From Micrococcales bacterium (GTDB taxonomy: Bacteria; Actinomycetota; Actinomycetes; Actinomycetales; WQXJ01), in NCBI GenBank assembly GCA_009781225.1, contig WQYN01000002.1, positions 1-37,752 on the forward strand: a DNA stretch of 37,752 nt, in the 5' to 3' direction. The notes under the pieces are model-generated. The model had not been told where the DNA came from and did not search any database. It was given only the letters and a program-made list of their open reading frames with translations. Positions within the stretch are counted from its first letter, which is position 1. Each line of letters starts with the position of its first letter. Both the position numbers and the translations under genes were made by a program. Below, one piece after another: positions 7,601 through 15,104 of the stretch.

Positions 7601-9576
7601 GGGGGCTCAAGCAGCAGTTCCGCGTTGCTGTGACCAGTGTGGGCGGGGCGCCAAGTGGGGTCGATTGGTCGGTTGATGGCACGAACTCGCAGATCAACGC
7701 CAATGGCCTGCTGACCGTGGGAGCGGGGGAAACGGCATCCTCGCTGACGGTGAAGGCCACCTCCCTGTTTGATCGTGGTGTCTTCGATGAAGCAACCGTC
7801 ACCGTGACGGACACTCCTGTGACCAGTGCGATTGTGGGCCTGACCGTCCGTCCTAGCGTGGCGAGCGTTCTCAAGGGACAAACCCAGCGGTTCAGCGCGG
7901 ATGTGCTGACCCAAGGCGGCGCGGACACATCGGTCGCATGGTCGGTGAACGGCACGGACTCCTCCATTGACCCCAACGGCCTGCTGACGGTGGGAGCTGG
8001 GGAGACATCAGGGTCCCTCACGGTCACGGCGACCTCGTCCTTTGACAACTCCAAGTCCGGAACGGCCACGGTGACAGTGACGGAGGACCAGCCAGCACCT
8101 GCGATTCTCGGTGTTGTCGTCGCTCCGGAGGCTGTCGACGTACTGAAGGGGACAACCCAGCAGTTCAGCGCGAGCGTGTCCGCTCAGGGCGGTGCGAGTA
8201 CTGGCGTGACGTGGACAGTGGACAGCACGGCAGGGTCCACCATCGGCGTCAACGGTCTGTTGACTGTCGCGGCGGGAGAGACCAAGTCGACCTTGAAGGT
8301 GACGGCAACCTCGGTCGCCGATGCCACGAAGTCCGCTTCGGCCATTGTCACCGTGACCTCCACCGCGCCCTCCCAAGAGGTGCTCAGCGTGGCCGTGGTC
8401 CCGGACAGTGTCGTGATGCGAGCGAACGATCAACAGCAGTTCAGCGCCACAACGCTCGTCCAGGGCGGCGCAGCCAGGACTGTAAATTGGACGGTCAGCG
8501 GTGGAAACAGCGCCCAGACGGCAATCAGCGCGAGCGGACTCCTCTCGATCGCCTTCGATGAGACGGCCACGGCTCTCACCGTCACGGCCACATCGACCGC
8601 TGACGCAACCAAGTCTGGCCGGGCCTTTGTGACCATCACTGATGCTCCGCCATCGGCCATCTATGGCTTCTCACTGGACACCACCACCCACGCCTTCCCA
8701 AGCGCCACCGAGGGATACGCCAGCGCTCCGGCGGCGAGGACCGTGGTCATCGCCAACGCAGGAAACCAGCAAACCGGGGTCTTGACCTTGGCGCTGTCCG
8801 GAGCCAATGCGGACAGCTACGCGCTGTCGGCTGACACGATCGCCAGCATCGCCGACGGAGGGACCGGAAGCTTCACTGTCGCACCGAAGGCAGCTCTCAA
8901 GGCGGGGACGCACACCGCGACCGTGACGGTGAGCGGCGGTAACGGGATGGTGTCACAGAGCTTGGTTCTCCTCTTCATTGTCGGCGCCAAGGCCCCCGGC
9001 GCCGAGCCTTCGATGGATCCTTCGAACCGACCGAATACGTCTCCTCCGCTTAGCCCTGCCCAGAATGTCACGTCTATTCGGGCTCCCCAGAAGGTGATGT
9101 ACATGCCGAAGGGTCACAGAATCGCCCTGCCGAAGGTCGCGATCTACACGAAGACCCCGGCCAAGTACAAGGTCGCCTGGGAGAGCAGCAACAAGAAGAT
9201 CGTGACCATCAGCGGTTCTACGATCTTCGCTCTGAGAACAGGATCGGCGGTCGTCACCGCGAAGGCCCCGGGAGGCAAGACCTTCAAGCTGCTGGTGAAT
9301 GTCGTGGGCAAGCGCAAGGCCGTGGCGGGAGTCGCGATCAAGAGCCTTCCCAAGTCCAAGGCCATGAAGGTCGGCAAGTCCCGGTTCCTCAAGGCGAAGA
9401 TCAAGTCCTTCAACGCCACCGGGTCGTCCGGCGCTGTCGTGCGCTGGAAGTCCAGCAAGCCAAGCGTGCTCAGCGTGGACGCGGCGGGCAAGATCACGGC
9501 CCACAAGAAGGGCAAGGCCCGGATCACGCTCACAGTCGGAGGGAGGAAACACACCGTCACGGTCCGCGCCCGATAG
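4630..9576 (+). CDS. 1648-aa secreted multidomain surface protein: signal peptide, unknown N-domain, aerolysin/ETX-MTX2-like module, CarboxypepD_reg-like domain, three ASH/HYDIN-like beta-sandwich domains, four Big_2 domains and two lysine-rich C-terminal Big_2-like domains
   Basis: Signal peptide MKYPKTHLSIALALALVTTMFVGPQGALA/AEG. CarboxypepD_reg-like VSGRILDADTGQGLWATVTLKN...SGSFSFSGVESGNYVITA (res ~673-745). ASH-like units carry the pattern VTITNTGTGSLTGL...GSDFEIS...ARGDSVTVRVRPKTGL. Big_2 units carry the pattern V.P....V.KG...QFSA.V..QGGA...V.W.V.G......NGLLTV.AGET...L.VTATS. There is no LPXTG and no C-terminal TM segment. GC is lower than in neighbouring genes. Confidence 0.85.
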   Translation: MKYPKTHLSIALALALVTTMFVGPQGALAAEGDYTPQYRGGQTTYPMPGEPSVTFYDVYGNSQRNLTTAAQFFEQVAKAPSPGSGLPPWQAWQGIGVYAAGARLLGPGTSWDLLTQDIQALQDGNNNSNVGGTNDRFGRWNAQGPFMARSLYDLQEDIVAEVAKKEESNRTTWDPGTPPGPSGFAEDHIAAAVKDGESSGPIIWSMQYKRNSRAGNPDDFAGVVTVMHGFKLQYVNLDPLNSAAGEETDAEKLKTMPGVSYTAEETNSFLGGAKNESGVTANVSQTISQSHDESVSNSRSDMRQYSFSEMIGAETSFETGIPFLAKGQIKVQAQITAQQAWGFTTTNTNTVSDSDSKDTNVSVPLPPYTQVVLKQNLSKAQMSISYDYPVAVSYQVSVFVFGAQRGLTNGRIAQMARFGGYTGVNASAYENLYHRFGNQGSYESTYGDRIDYSFSRLSSNTGSVRCSNGNRTVGSNFYNLLGLPDTVPMHYVSLPADDFYHYRPLSVTGGVLEYTGTGASTQIFEYQPIYPLDRVRTVDPNLDSIELVTDEVKRVDSIALAGQNVFEGDYYGFRQSQGHWVLVDSAGELLPASSDIATLTTDPVSQQAVLKGGTKEGTVYLKYLIDEHSYSYFENPLTETFQGAVVPRCTKNADLSRTAVIPVNVKRPYVPPVTVSGRILDADTGQGLWATVTLKNATTSEVVDTTYADSSGSFSFSGVESGNYVITATLFSYESATSVPFNVYGTNTSRNLILSKTTYAAEVSPERIAYPSIIEGFAPLSETVVTITNTGTGSLTGLTASLHGSDFEISTGLSGTTVARGDSVTVRVRPKTGLVAGQYADTLSIMGDRGISLVVTLSFDVTSTAKVTISPTAFTYAPREEGYVQADLQKFTITNLGTETVSGLSALLSGTDFGLVGNLGGVTLAPGEQTWVSAYPKAGLAPGVHSDGLSITAGTGSDFRILKTADLTFTVTHKPAVTAVVVSPSTASVQRGLKQQFRVAVTSVGGAPSGVDWSVDGTNSQINANGLLTVGAGETASSLTVKATSLFDRGVFDEATVTVTDTPVTSAIVGLTVRPSVASVLKGQTQRFSADVLTQGGADTSVAWSVNGTDSSIDPNGLLTVGAGETSGSLTVTATSSFDNSKSGTATVTVTEDQPAPAILGVVVAPEAVDVLKGTTQQFSASVSAQGGASTGVTWTVDSTAGSTIGVNGLLTVAAGETKSTLKVTATSVADATKSASAIVTVTSTAPSQEVLSVAVVPDSVVMRANDQQQFSATTLVQGGAARTVNWTVSGGNSAQTAISASGLLSIAFDETATALTVTATSTADATKSGRAFVTITDAPPSAIYGFSLDTTTHAFPSATEGYASAPAARTVVIANAGNQQTGVLTLALSGANADSYALSADTIASIADGGTGSFTVAPKAALKAGTHTATVTVSGGNGMVSQSLVLLFIVGAKAPGAEPSMDPSNRPNTSPPLSPAQNVTSIRAPQKVMYMPKGHRIALPKVAIYTKTPAKYKVAWESSNKKIVTISGSTIFALRTGSAVVTAKAPGGKTFKLLVNVVGKRKAVAGVAIKSLPKSKAMKVGKSRFLKAKIKSFNATGSSGAVVRWKSSKPSVLSVDAAGKITAHKKGKARITLTVGGRKHTVTVRAR
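7558..8643 (+). repeat. four tandem Big_2 (bacterial Ig-like group 2) domain-coding units of ~86-89 codons each
   Basis: Residues ~977-1062, 1066-1152, 1157-1244 and 1250-1338 of the 1648-aa protein share the Big_2 pattern, and each ends in TVTVT(D/E/S). Confidence 0.8.
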
Positions 9577-9655
9577 CAGCGCGCCCGATAGCGAGACCCC
9601 ACAAACCCCCAGCTCAGGCCAGGTGCCGAGCCTCCTGTGCCCTCGGCGGGAAACG

Positions 9656-9682
9656 GCTTACTCTAGCATTGCTAGAGTAAGC
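9656..9682. terminator. AT-rich perfect palindrome/hairpin (12-bp stem, 3-nt loop) between the giant surface-protein gene and smc; a terminator or an operator
   Basis: gcttactctagc att gctagagtaagc. It lies 80 nt after the stop at 9576 and 54 nt before the smc start. There is no U-tract, so the function is ambiguous. Confidence 0.4.
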
Positions 9683-9735
9683 GAGAGTAGAAGGCGGCCG
9701 CTCGGCGCCGGCGGGTCCGACTAAGCTGAGGGGCT

Positions 9736-12700
9736 GTGTATCTCAAGTCCCTGACGCTGCGGGGGTTTAAGTCCTTCGCCGGGGCGACAACGCTGACGCT
9801 GGAGCCAGGGGTGACGGCCGTCGTGGGGCCGAACGGCTCGGGCAAGTCCAACGTTGTTGATGCCATCGCGTGGGTCATGGGCGAGCAAGGGGCCAAGTCA
9901 CTGCGGGGCGGGAAGATGGAAGACGTCATCTTCGCCGGGACGCGATCCCGGCCGCCACTGGGGCGGGCGGAGGTGCGGCTCACGATCGACAACTCCGATG
10001 GAGCGCTGCCGATCGACTACGCGGAAGTGACGATCTCGCGGACCATGTTCCGCTCCGGCGGGTCGGAATATGCGATCAACGGCACGGCGTGTCGGCTCGT
10101 TGACGTGCAGGATTTGCTCTCCGACTCGGGGATGGGGCGGGAGATGCATGTGGTCGTTGGGCAGGGGCAGCTCGATGCGATCCTCTCGGCGTCCCCGGAG
10201 GAGCGGCGGGGATTCATCGAGGAGGCGGCCGGCGTCCTCAAGCATCGCAAGCGCAAGGAGCGGGCGCTGCGCAAGATCGAGGCGACCCAGGCGAACCTCG
10301 TGCGGCTCACGGACTTGACGGGAGAAATCCGAAGGCAGCTCGCACCGCTGGCCCGGCAGGCCGACGTCGCACGCCGGGCTCACGCGATTGCGGCGGAGGC
10401 TCGCGATGCGCGGGCGCGGCTGCTGGCCGATGATCTCGCCCAACTCCAGGCGCAGTTGGCGGCCGATGTCGCTGATGAGAGCGCCTTGGTGGCTCAACGC
10501 GAGGAGGTTTCCTCGCGCTTGGCGTCAGCGCGCGCGGCGGTGGTGGCCTTCGAAGCAGAGGCGGCTGCCGCGGCGCCAGCGGTGTCAGAAGCATCGGAGG
10601 TGTGGTACAGGCTTTCCGCCTTGAGGGAGCGGGTGCGCGGGACGCGTGGCCTGGCGCGCGAGCGGGTGCGGCTCTTGGGCGTGGCGGACTTCGGTGGTCT
10701 GGGTGCGGACCCCCAGGAGTTGGAAGAGACGGCAGTCCGGCTCGCGCGCGAGGCGGAGGCGTTGGAAGCCGAGGCAACGACCGCGCGGGAGACAGCGTCC
10801 GCGGCGGGGGTTCAGCGCCAGGCAGCGGAGAAACTCGCAGATGAGGCGGCACGGCGAGAGGCAAACCGGCTGCGCGAGGCGGCGGATCGGCGGGAGGAGA
10901 TGGCGATCCAAGCGGGGATCGTCGCCGCAGCCCGGTCCACCGTCGAGGCGCGCCAAGCCGAGATCGAGCGCCTGAGGGGGCGTCTCGCCGAGGCGGAACA
11001 GGCCGGCACGCAGGCGCGGCTCGAGTTCACGGCGTTGGAGGGGCAGATCGCTGGAGTCGAGGCGGGGGAGGTCGACCTCGACGCTGCGCATGAGGCCTCC
11101 GTCGAAGCTCTCGAGCTAGCGCGGTCGGCTCACGAGGCGGCCGTGGCGGCGCGCGGGTCGGCAGAACGGGAGGTCGCGGCGCTGACAGCGCGGGTGGAGA
11201 CCCTCGACCTGTCGCTGGCGCGGGCGGATGGCGCGGGGGCCTTGCTCGCCTCGCCGCCGCCGGGGTTGCTCGGGTCCCTCGCGGCGCTCGTCGACGTTTC
11301 CCCTGGTTGGGAGGCTGCCGTCGCCGCTGCGCTGGGTCGGGCCGCCGCTGCCGTCGCGGTGGAGTCGCCGGAGGCGGCGGTGGATGCGATTCGCTCCCTG
11401 CGTGCGGACGATGGCGGCCGTGCAGGATTCCTCATCGCCTCGCCTGAGGATGTGGTCGGGTCGCGCGGGAAGGCTCCCGCGGGGGCGGTGTGGGCCTCGG
11501 ATGTGGTGAAGGCGCCGACGGGGTTGCAGGCGTCGGTGGACCATCTGCTGGCGGGTGTTGTCTTGGTGGAGTCGCTATCGGAGGCGAGGGCCGTCATCGT
11601 CCGCGATGGGGGTGTGGTGGCGGTGACACGAGGTGGGGACGTGCTGGCGCCGACGTGGGCTGAGGGCGGGTCGGCGGCGGGCAAGAGCTTGCTGGAACTG
11701 CAAGTCGCGCACGATGAAGCGGTGGCGGAGCTCGCGGAGGCGACGGCAGCGCTGGAACGCGGGGTGTTTGAGATCGCGCGGCTCGACGGGCAGCGGGACG
11801 AGGCGGTCGCGCGGGCCGAGGAGACGTTGGGGGCGCTGCACGAGTCGGATGCGCGATTCGCGGCGGTCGCCGATCGGCTGGGGCGACTGTCGGCCCGGAT
11901 GCGGTCAGCAGATGAGGAGGTCGGGCGGCTGACGGAGGCCGTGGCGGAAGCGGGAGCGGCGCTGGAGATGGAGAGCGCAGCGCTGGAGGAAGCAGCAGCG
12001 GGGTTGGAGGAGGCGCGGACAGTCAACGCGGGCGACGAGGTGGGGACCCCGGACGGAGCGGAGGCTGTCAGCGCGGGAGACGAGACGGGACCCGCTGAGG
12101 AAGACGGGGGCGACAGGGACGGACTCGCTGAGCTGACGGAGGCCGTGGAGGCGGCGCGGGCCGCGGAGACAGAGGCGCGGCTGACGGCTCGGACCTGCGA
12201 AGAGAGGGCTCGCGCGCTGCGGGCCCGGGTCGAGGCAACCCAGCGGGCGGCGTCGACAGAACGCGAGGCGCGCGCGGCGGCGGCTGAGCGTGAGGCGCGG
12301 CGGGAGGAGGGTGCGCGGGTCGCGCGGGCCGTCGCAGAGGGGGCGGCGGCGCTGGAGGAAATGGTGGCGGCGGCCCAAGCGGAGGCGGGAGCCCGGCGCG
12401 AGCGCATTGAGGCCGAGCGAGCCGAACGCGAGGCGCAGCTAGTCAGCGAACGGAAGGCCGCCGAGGAGGCGGTCGCACTGTTGGGGCAGCTCACGGACGT
12501 GGCACACCGGGATGAAATGGCCCGAGCGGCGGTGACGCTGCGGATTGAGCAGACCTGCGAGCGGGCGATTGAGGAGCTGGGCCTCGACGGCGAGGAACTC
12601 ATCGCGCAGTACGGCCCGGATCGGTTGGTTCCGCTGGTGGCGGGGATGGAAGCAGGCGCGGGCGAAGCCACAGACCCGGCCGCGCACGCAGACCCGGCCG

Positions 12701-13383
12701 TGCAAGCAGAGCAGGGCACGCCCTATGTCCGCGAGGACCAGGAGAAACGCCTCCGCAAGGCGGAACGGGCGTTGGCGGTCCTAGGGAAGGTGAACCCCCT
12801 GGCGCTCGAGGAGTACGCGGCCCTCGAGGAACGCCACCGCTTCCTGTCCGACCAGCTCACCGATGTCAAGAAGTCCATGGCCGACCTCCACGAGGTGATC
12901 CGCGAGATCGACGGCCGGGTCGAGCAGGTCTTCGGCGAGGCATTCGCTGACACCTGCGCCGCGTTCGCCCGCGTGTTCGAGCGCCTCTTCCCCGGCGGTG
13001 AAGGCCGCATCATCGCCACCACCCCCGACGACATGCTCCTGACCGGCGTCGATATCGAGGCGCGCCCGGCAGGCAAGGCGGTCAAGCGCCTCTCGCTCCT
13101 CTCCGGTGGCGAGCGCGCGCTCGTCGCCGTGGCCTTTGTCATCGCCATCTTCCTGGCCCGCCCCAGCCCCTTCTACGTCCTGGACGAGGTCGAGGCCGCC
13201 CTCGATGACACCAACCTCGACCGCCTCCTGGCGATCATCGCCGAGCTCCGCTCGAACTCCCAGATCCTCCTGGTCACCCACCAAAAACGCACCATGGAGA
13301 TCGCCGACGCCCTCTACGGCGTCACCATGAAGGACGATGGCGTCACCCACGTCGTCTCCCAACGCCTGGGGTCTGTCTCCTAG
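9736..13383 (+). CDS. smc: chromosome segregation protein SMC
   Basis: N-terminal Walker A (LKSLTLRGFKSF...VVGPNGSGKSNVVDAI), long Ala/Glu/Arg-rich coiled coils with a central hinge, C-terminal signature LSGGERALVAVAF and Walker B FYVLDEVEAALD. GTG start. Confidence 0.95.
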   Translation: MYLKSLTLRGFKSFAGATTLTLEPGVTAVVGPNGSGKSNVVDAIAWVMGEQGAKSLRGGKMEDVIFAGTRSRPPLGRAEVRLTIDNSDGALPIDYAEVTISRTMFRSGGSEYAINGTACRLVDVQDLLSDSGMGREMHVVVGQGQLDAILSASPEERRGFIEEAAGVLKHRKRKERALRKIEATQANLVRLTDLTGEIRRQLAPLARQADVARRAHAIAAEARDARARLLADDLAQLQAQLAADVADESALVAQREEVSSRLASARAAVVAFEAEAAAAAPAVSEASEVWYRLSALRERVRGTRGLARERVRLLGVADFGGLGADPQELEETAVRLAREAEALEAEATTARETASAAGVQRQAAEKLADEAARREANRLREAADRREEMAIQAGIVAAARSTVEARQAEIERLRGRLAEAEQAGTQARLEFTALEGQIAGVEAGEVDLDAAHEASVEALELARSAHEAAVAARGSAEREVAALTARVETLDLSLARADGAGALLASPPPGLLGSLAALVDVSPGWEAAVAAALGRAAAAVAVESPEAAVDAIRSLRADDGGRAGFLIASPEDVVGSRGKAPAGAVWASDVVKAPTGLQASVDHLLAGVVLVESLSEARAVIVRDGGVVAVTRGGDVLAPTWAEGGSAAGKSLLELQVAHDEAVAELAEATAALERGVFEIARLDGQRDEAVARAEETLGALHESDARFAAVADRLGRLSARMRSADEEVGRLTEAVAEAGAALEMESAALEEAAAGLEEARTVNAGDEVGTPDGAEAVSAGDETGPAEEDGGDRDGLAELTEAVEAARAAETEARLTARTCEERARALRARVEATQRAASTEREARAAAAEREARREEGARVARAVAEGAAALEEMVAAAQAEAGARRERIEAERAEREAQLVSERKAAEEAVALLGQLTDVAHRDEMARAAVTLRIEQTCERAIEELGLDGEELIAQYGPDRLVPLVAGMEAGAGEATDPAAHADPAVQAEQGTPYVREDQEKRLRKAERALAVLGKVNPLALEEYAALEERHRFLSDQLTDVKKSMADLHEVIREIDGRVEQVFGEAFADTCAAFARVFERLFPGGEGRIIATTPDDMLLTGVDIEARPAGKAVKRLSLLSGGERALVAVAFVIAIFLARPSPFYVLDEVEAALDDTNLDRLLAIIAELRSNSQILLVTHQKRTMEIADALYGVTMKDDGVTHVVSQRLGSVS

Positions 13384-13412
13384 GATCATCGACCCGCTAC
13401 CCTGGTGGTGCC

Positions 13413-14705
13413 ATGGCTTTTCGTCTTATCAACCCCGTCCGCCGCTATGACTGGGGTTCGACCACCGCGATCCCCCGCCTCCTAGGCTGGCCCAGCGACG
13501 CCACCCCGGTCGCCGAGCTGTGGATCGGCGCCTACCCCGCCTCCCCCTCCGCCATCGCTGCGCACGATGCCGGCGCTCCCCTTGCTTCCGACACGCACCC
13601 CCGCGTCACCCCCCCCAAGTCGCATGCGCACGATGGCGGCGCTCACCTCCTACCCGAGTCGCACCTGGGTGAGGGGCTGGGGGAGGAGGGTCCGTCATCG
13701 TCCGCTCTACGGGGACTCGATGTGCTGGTGGGCGAGGATCCTGACGGGATGTTGGGGGCCGTGGTCGTGGCGGCGCACGGGCCCCGACTGCCGTTCTTGG
13801 CGAAAATTCTCGCGGCGGCGCGACCGCTGTCGCTCCAGGTGCACCCCCACGGGGAGTACTGCGCGGCGCGGTTTGCCGCCGAGAGCCAGCAGGTGGGAGG
13901 CGGCGCGGGCCGCTTGACCGATCCCTGGGAGAAGCCGGAGGCGCTCTACGCGCTAACCCCCTTCGAGGCGATGTCGGGCCTGCGCGCGGAGGCCGAGGCG
14001 GCGGAGCTCGTGCGCGCGCTGGGGATCCACGAGGCAGAGGAGCTCGCGGAGGTCCTGGAAGCCGAGGGGCACAAAGCGGGGTTTACCTGGCTCTATGCCC
14101 ACGACCCTGGGGGCGCGACCTGGACGGCGCAGGTGCCGCCGGTCTACGCCCGACTTGCCGAGGAGGGGCGAGCTGACCCAGCGCACCGACTTGCGGCGGA
14201 GTTGAGCCAGCGCCACGTCGGCGACCCGTCCTGCCTGGCGCCACTCCTGTTGAACTACGTGACGCTCGCCCCAGGCGAGGTGCTGCACACCCCAGTGCGC
14301 ACCCTACATTCCCTGGTCAGCGGCACGGCGATCGAGGTCATGGGCTCCTCCGACACCGTGCTGCGCGCGGGATTGACAAACAAGACGATTGAGGTCGACG
14401 AGGTCCTGCGCTGCGCCGACTTCACCGCCCGCCCGCCGCTTCTCCTGGAAGGTCTCGGCGCCAACTCGGGACCCCTCTATGCCCCGGAAGGATGCCCCTT
14501 CACCCTCCAAGTCGCCGACGTGACAGACTCCCTGCTCCTGCCCGACCCCGGCCCCCGACTCCTCCTCTGCCTCACCGGCGAAATCCACCTAGACTGCGCA
14601 TCCCCCCTAACCCTGACAGCCTTCGACACCGCCTTCATCCCCCACGCCGACGGCCCCGCAACCCTGACCGGCCAAGCCCGCCTAGCCATAGTCTCCCCCT
14701 CCTAG
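13413..14705 (+). CDS. manA: mannose-6-phosphate isomerase, class I
   Basis: RYDWGSTTAIPRLLG, ELWIGAYP, LPFLAKILAAARPLSLQVHP and EVMGSSDTVLRAGLT are type I PMI motifs. A low-complexity insertion follows the first beta-strands. Confidence 0.85.
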   Translation: MAFRLINPVRRYDWGSTTAIPRLLGWPSDATPVAELWIGAYPASPSAIAAHDAGAPLASDTHPRVTPPKSHAHDGGAHLLPESHLGEGLGEEGPSSSALRGLDVLVGEDPDGMLGAVVVAAHGPRLPFLAKILAAARPLSLQVHPHGEYCAARFAAESQQVGGGAGRLTDPWEKPEALYALTPFEAMSGLRAEAEAAELVRALGIHEAEELAEVLEAEGHKAGFTWLYAHDPGGATWTAQVPPVYARLAEEGRADPAHRLAAELSQRHVGDPSCLAPLLLNYVTLAPGEVLHTPVRTLHSLVSGTAIEVMGSSDTVLRAGLTNKTIEVDEVLRCADFTARPPLLLEGLGANSGPLYAPEGCPFTLQVADVTDSLLLPDPGPRLLLCLTGEIHLDCASPLTLTAFDTAFIPHADGPATLTGQARLAIVSPS

Positions 14706-14723
14706 CCCCCCGCCCCCCACCAA

Positions 14724-14863
14724 GCAAAAGTCACAAACCCATGAGCAAAAGTCACAAACCCAGGTTTTGGCTCCCGCGGCAAATCCAGGCACTCCTGTGA
14801 CCAGGGCAAACGTCGGACGTCGGGGACGGTGGCTGCGCCAAAACCTGGGTTTATGACTTTTGC
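14724..14863. repeat. MITE-like element: 17-bp direct repeat plus a 27-bp inverted repeat (26/27 match) flanking a 65-nt spacer
   Basis: gcaaaagtcacaaaccc occurs at 14724-14740 and 14745-14761. The left arm gcaaaagtcacaaacccaggttttggc (14745-14771) is the reverse complement of gccaaaacctgggtttatgacttttgc (14837-14863) with one mismatch. Confidence 0.75.
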
Positions 14864-15104
14864 CCCCTTTGTGGGGAGCGGTGTCAGGCGGTCCCGGGTG
14901 GGGGTTTGCGCAAGGTTCTTGTGGGCGAGTGTTTCCTTAGCTTTCTTGTGGGGGATGGGTGGGCGACACGGGGGGTTGAGGTGGGGTTGCTTCGCTTGTG
15001 GTGCCCGGGGATCCCGGGTCTGGGGCCCGGCTCCTGCCGGATCGACCAGAGCGCATATGCCGAGGTCACACCCCAGTTTCGCCTGACTTTCCGATGAGGA
15101 GACC

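Noticed and set aside
11130-12719. 529-aa minus-strand ORF, plus many 100-200-aa ORFs, inside smc
   Set aside because: It is antisense to a well-supported SMC coiled-coil region. The translation is Ser/Ala/Arg low-complexity, as expected for shadow frames in GC-rich DNA.
13619-13626. Homopolymer tracts (C8 in manA at 13619-13626, G8 in ilvE at 35340-35347) as phase-variation switches
   Set aside because: Both are in housekeeping genes, both are in frame here, and runs of this length are expected in GC-rich DNA. No contingency-gene context is present.
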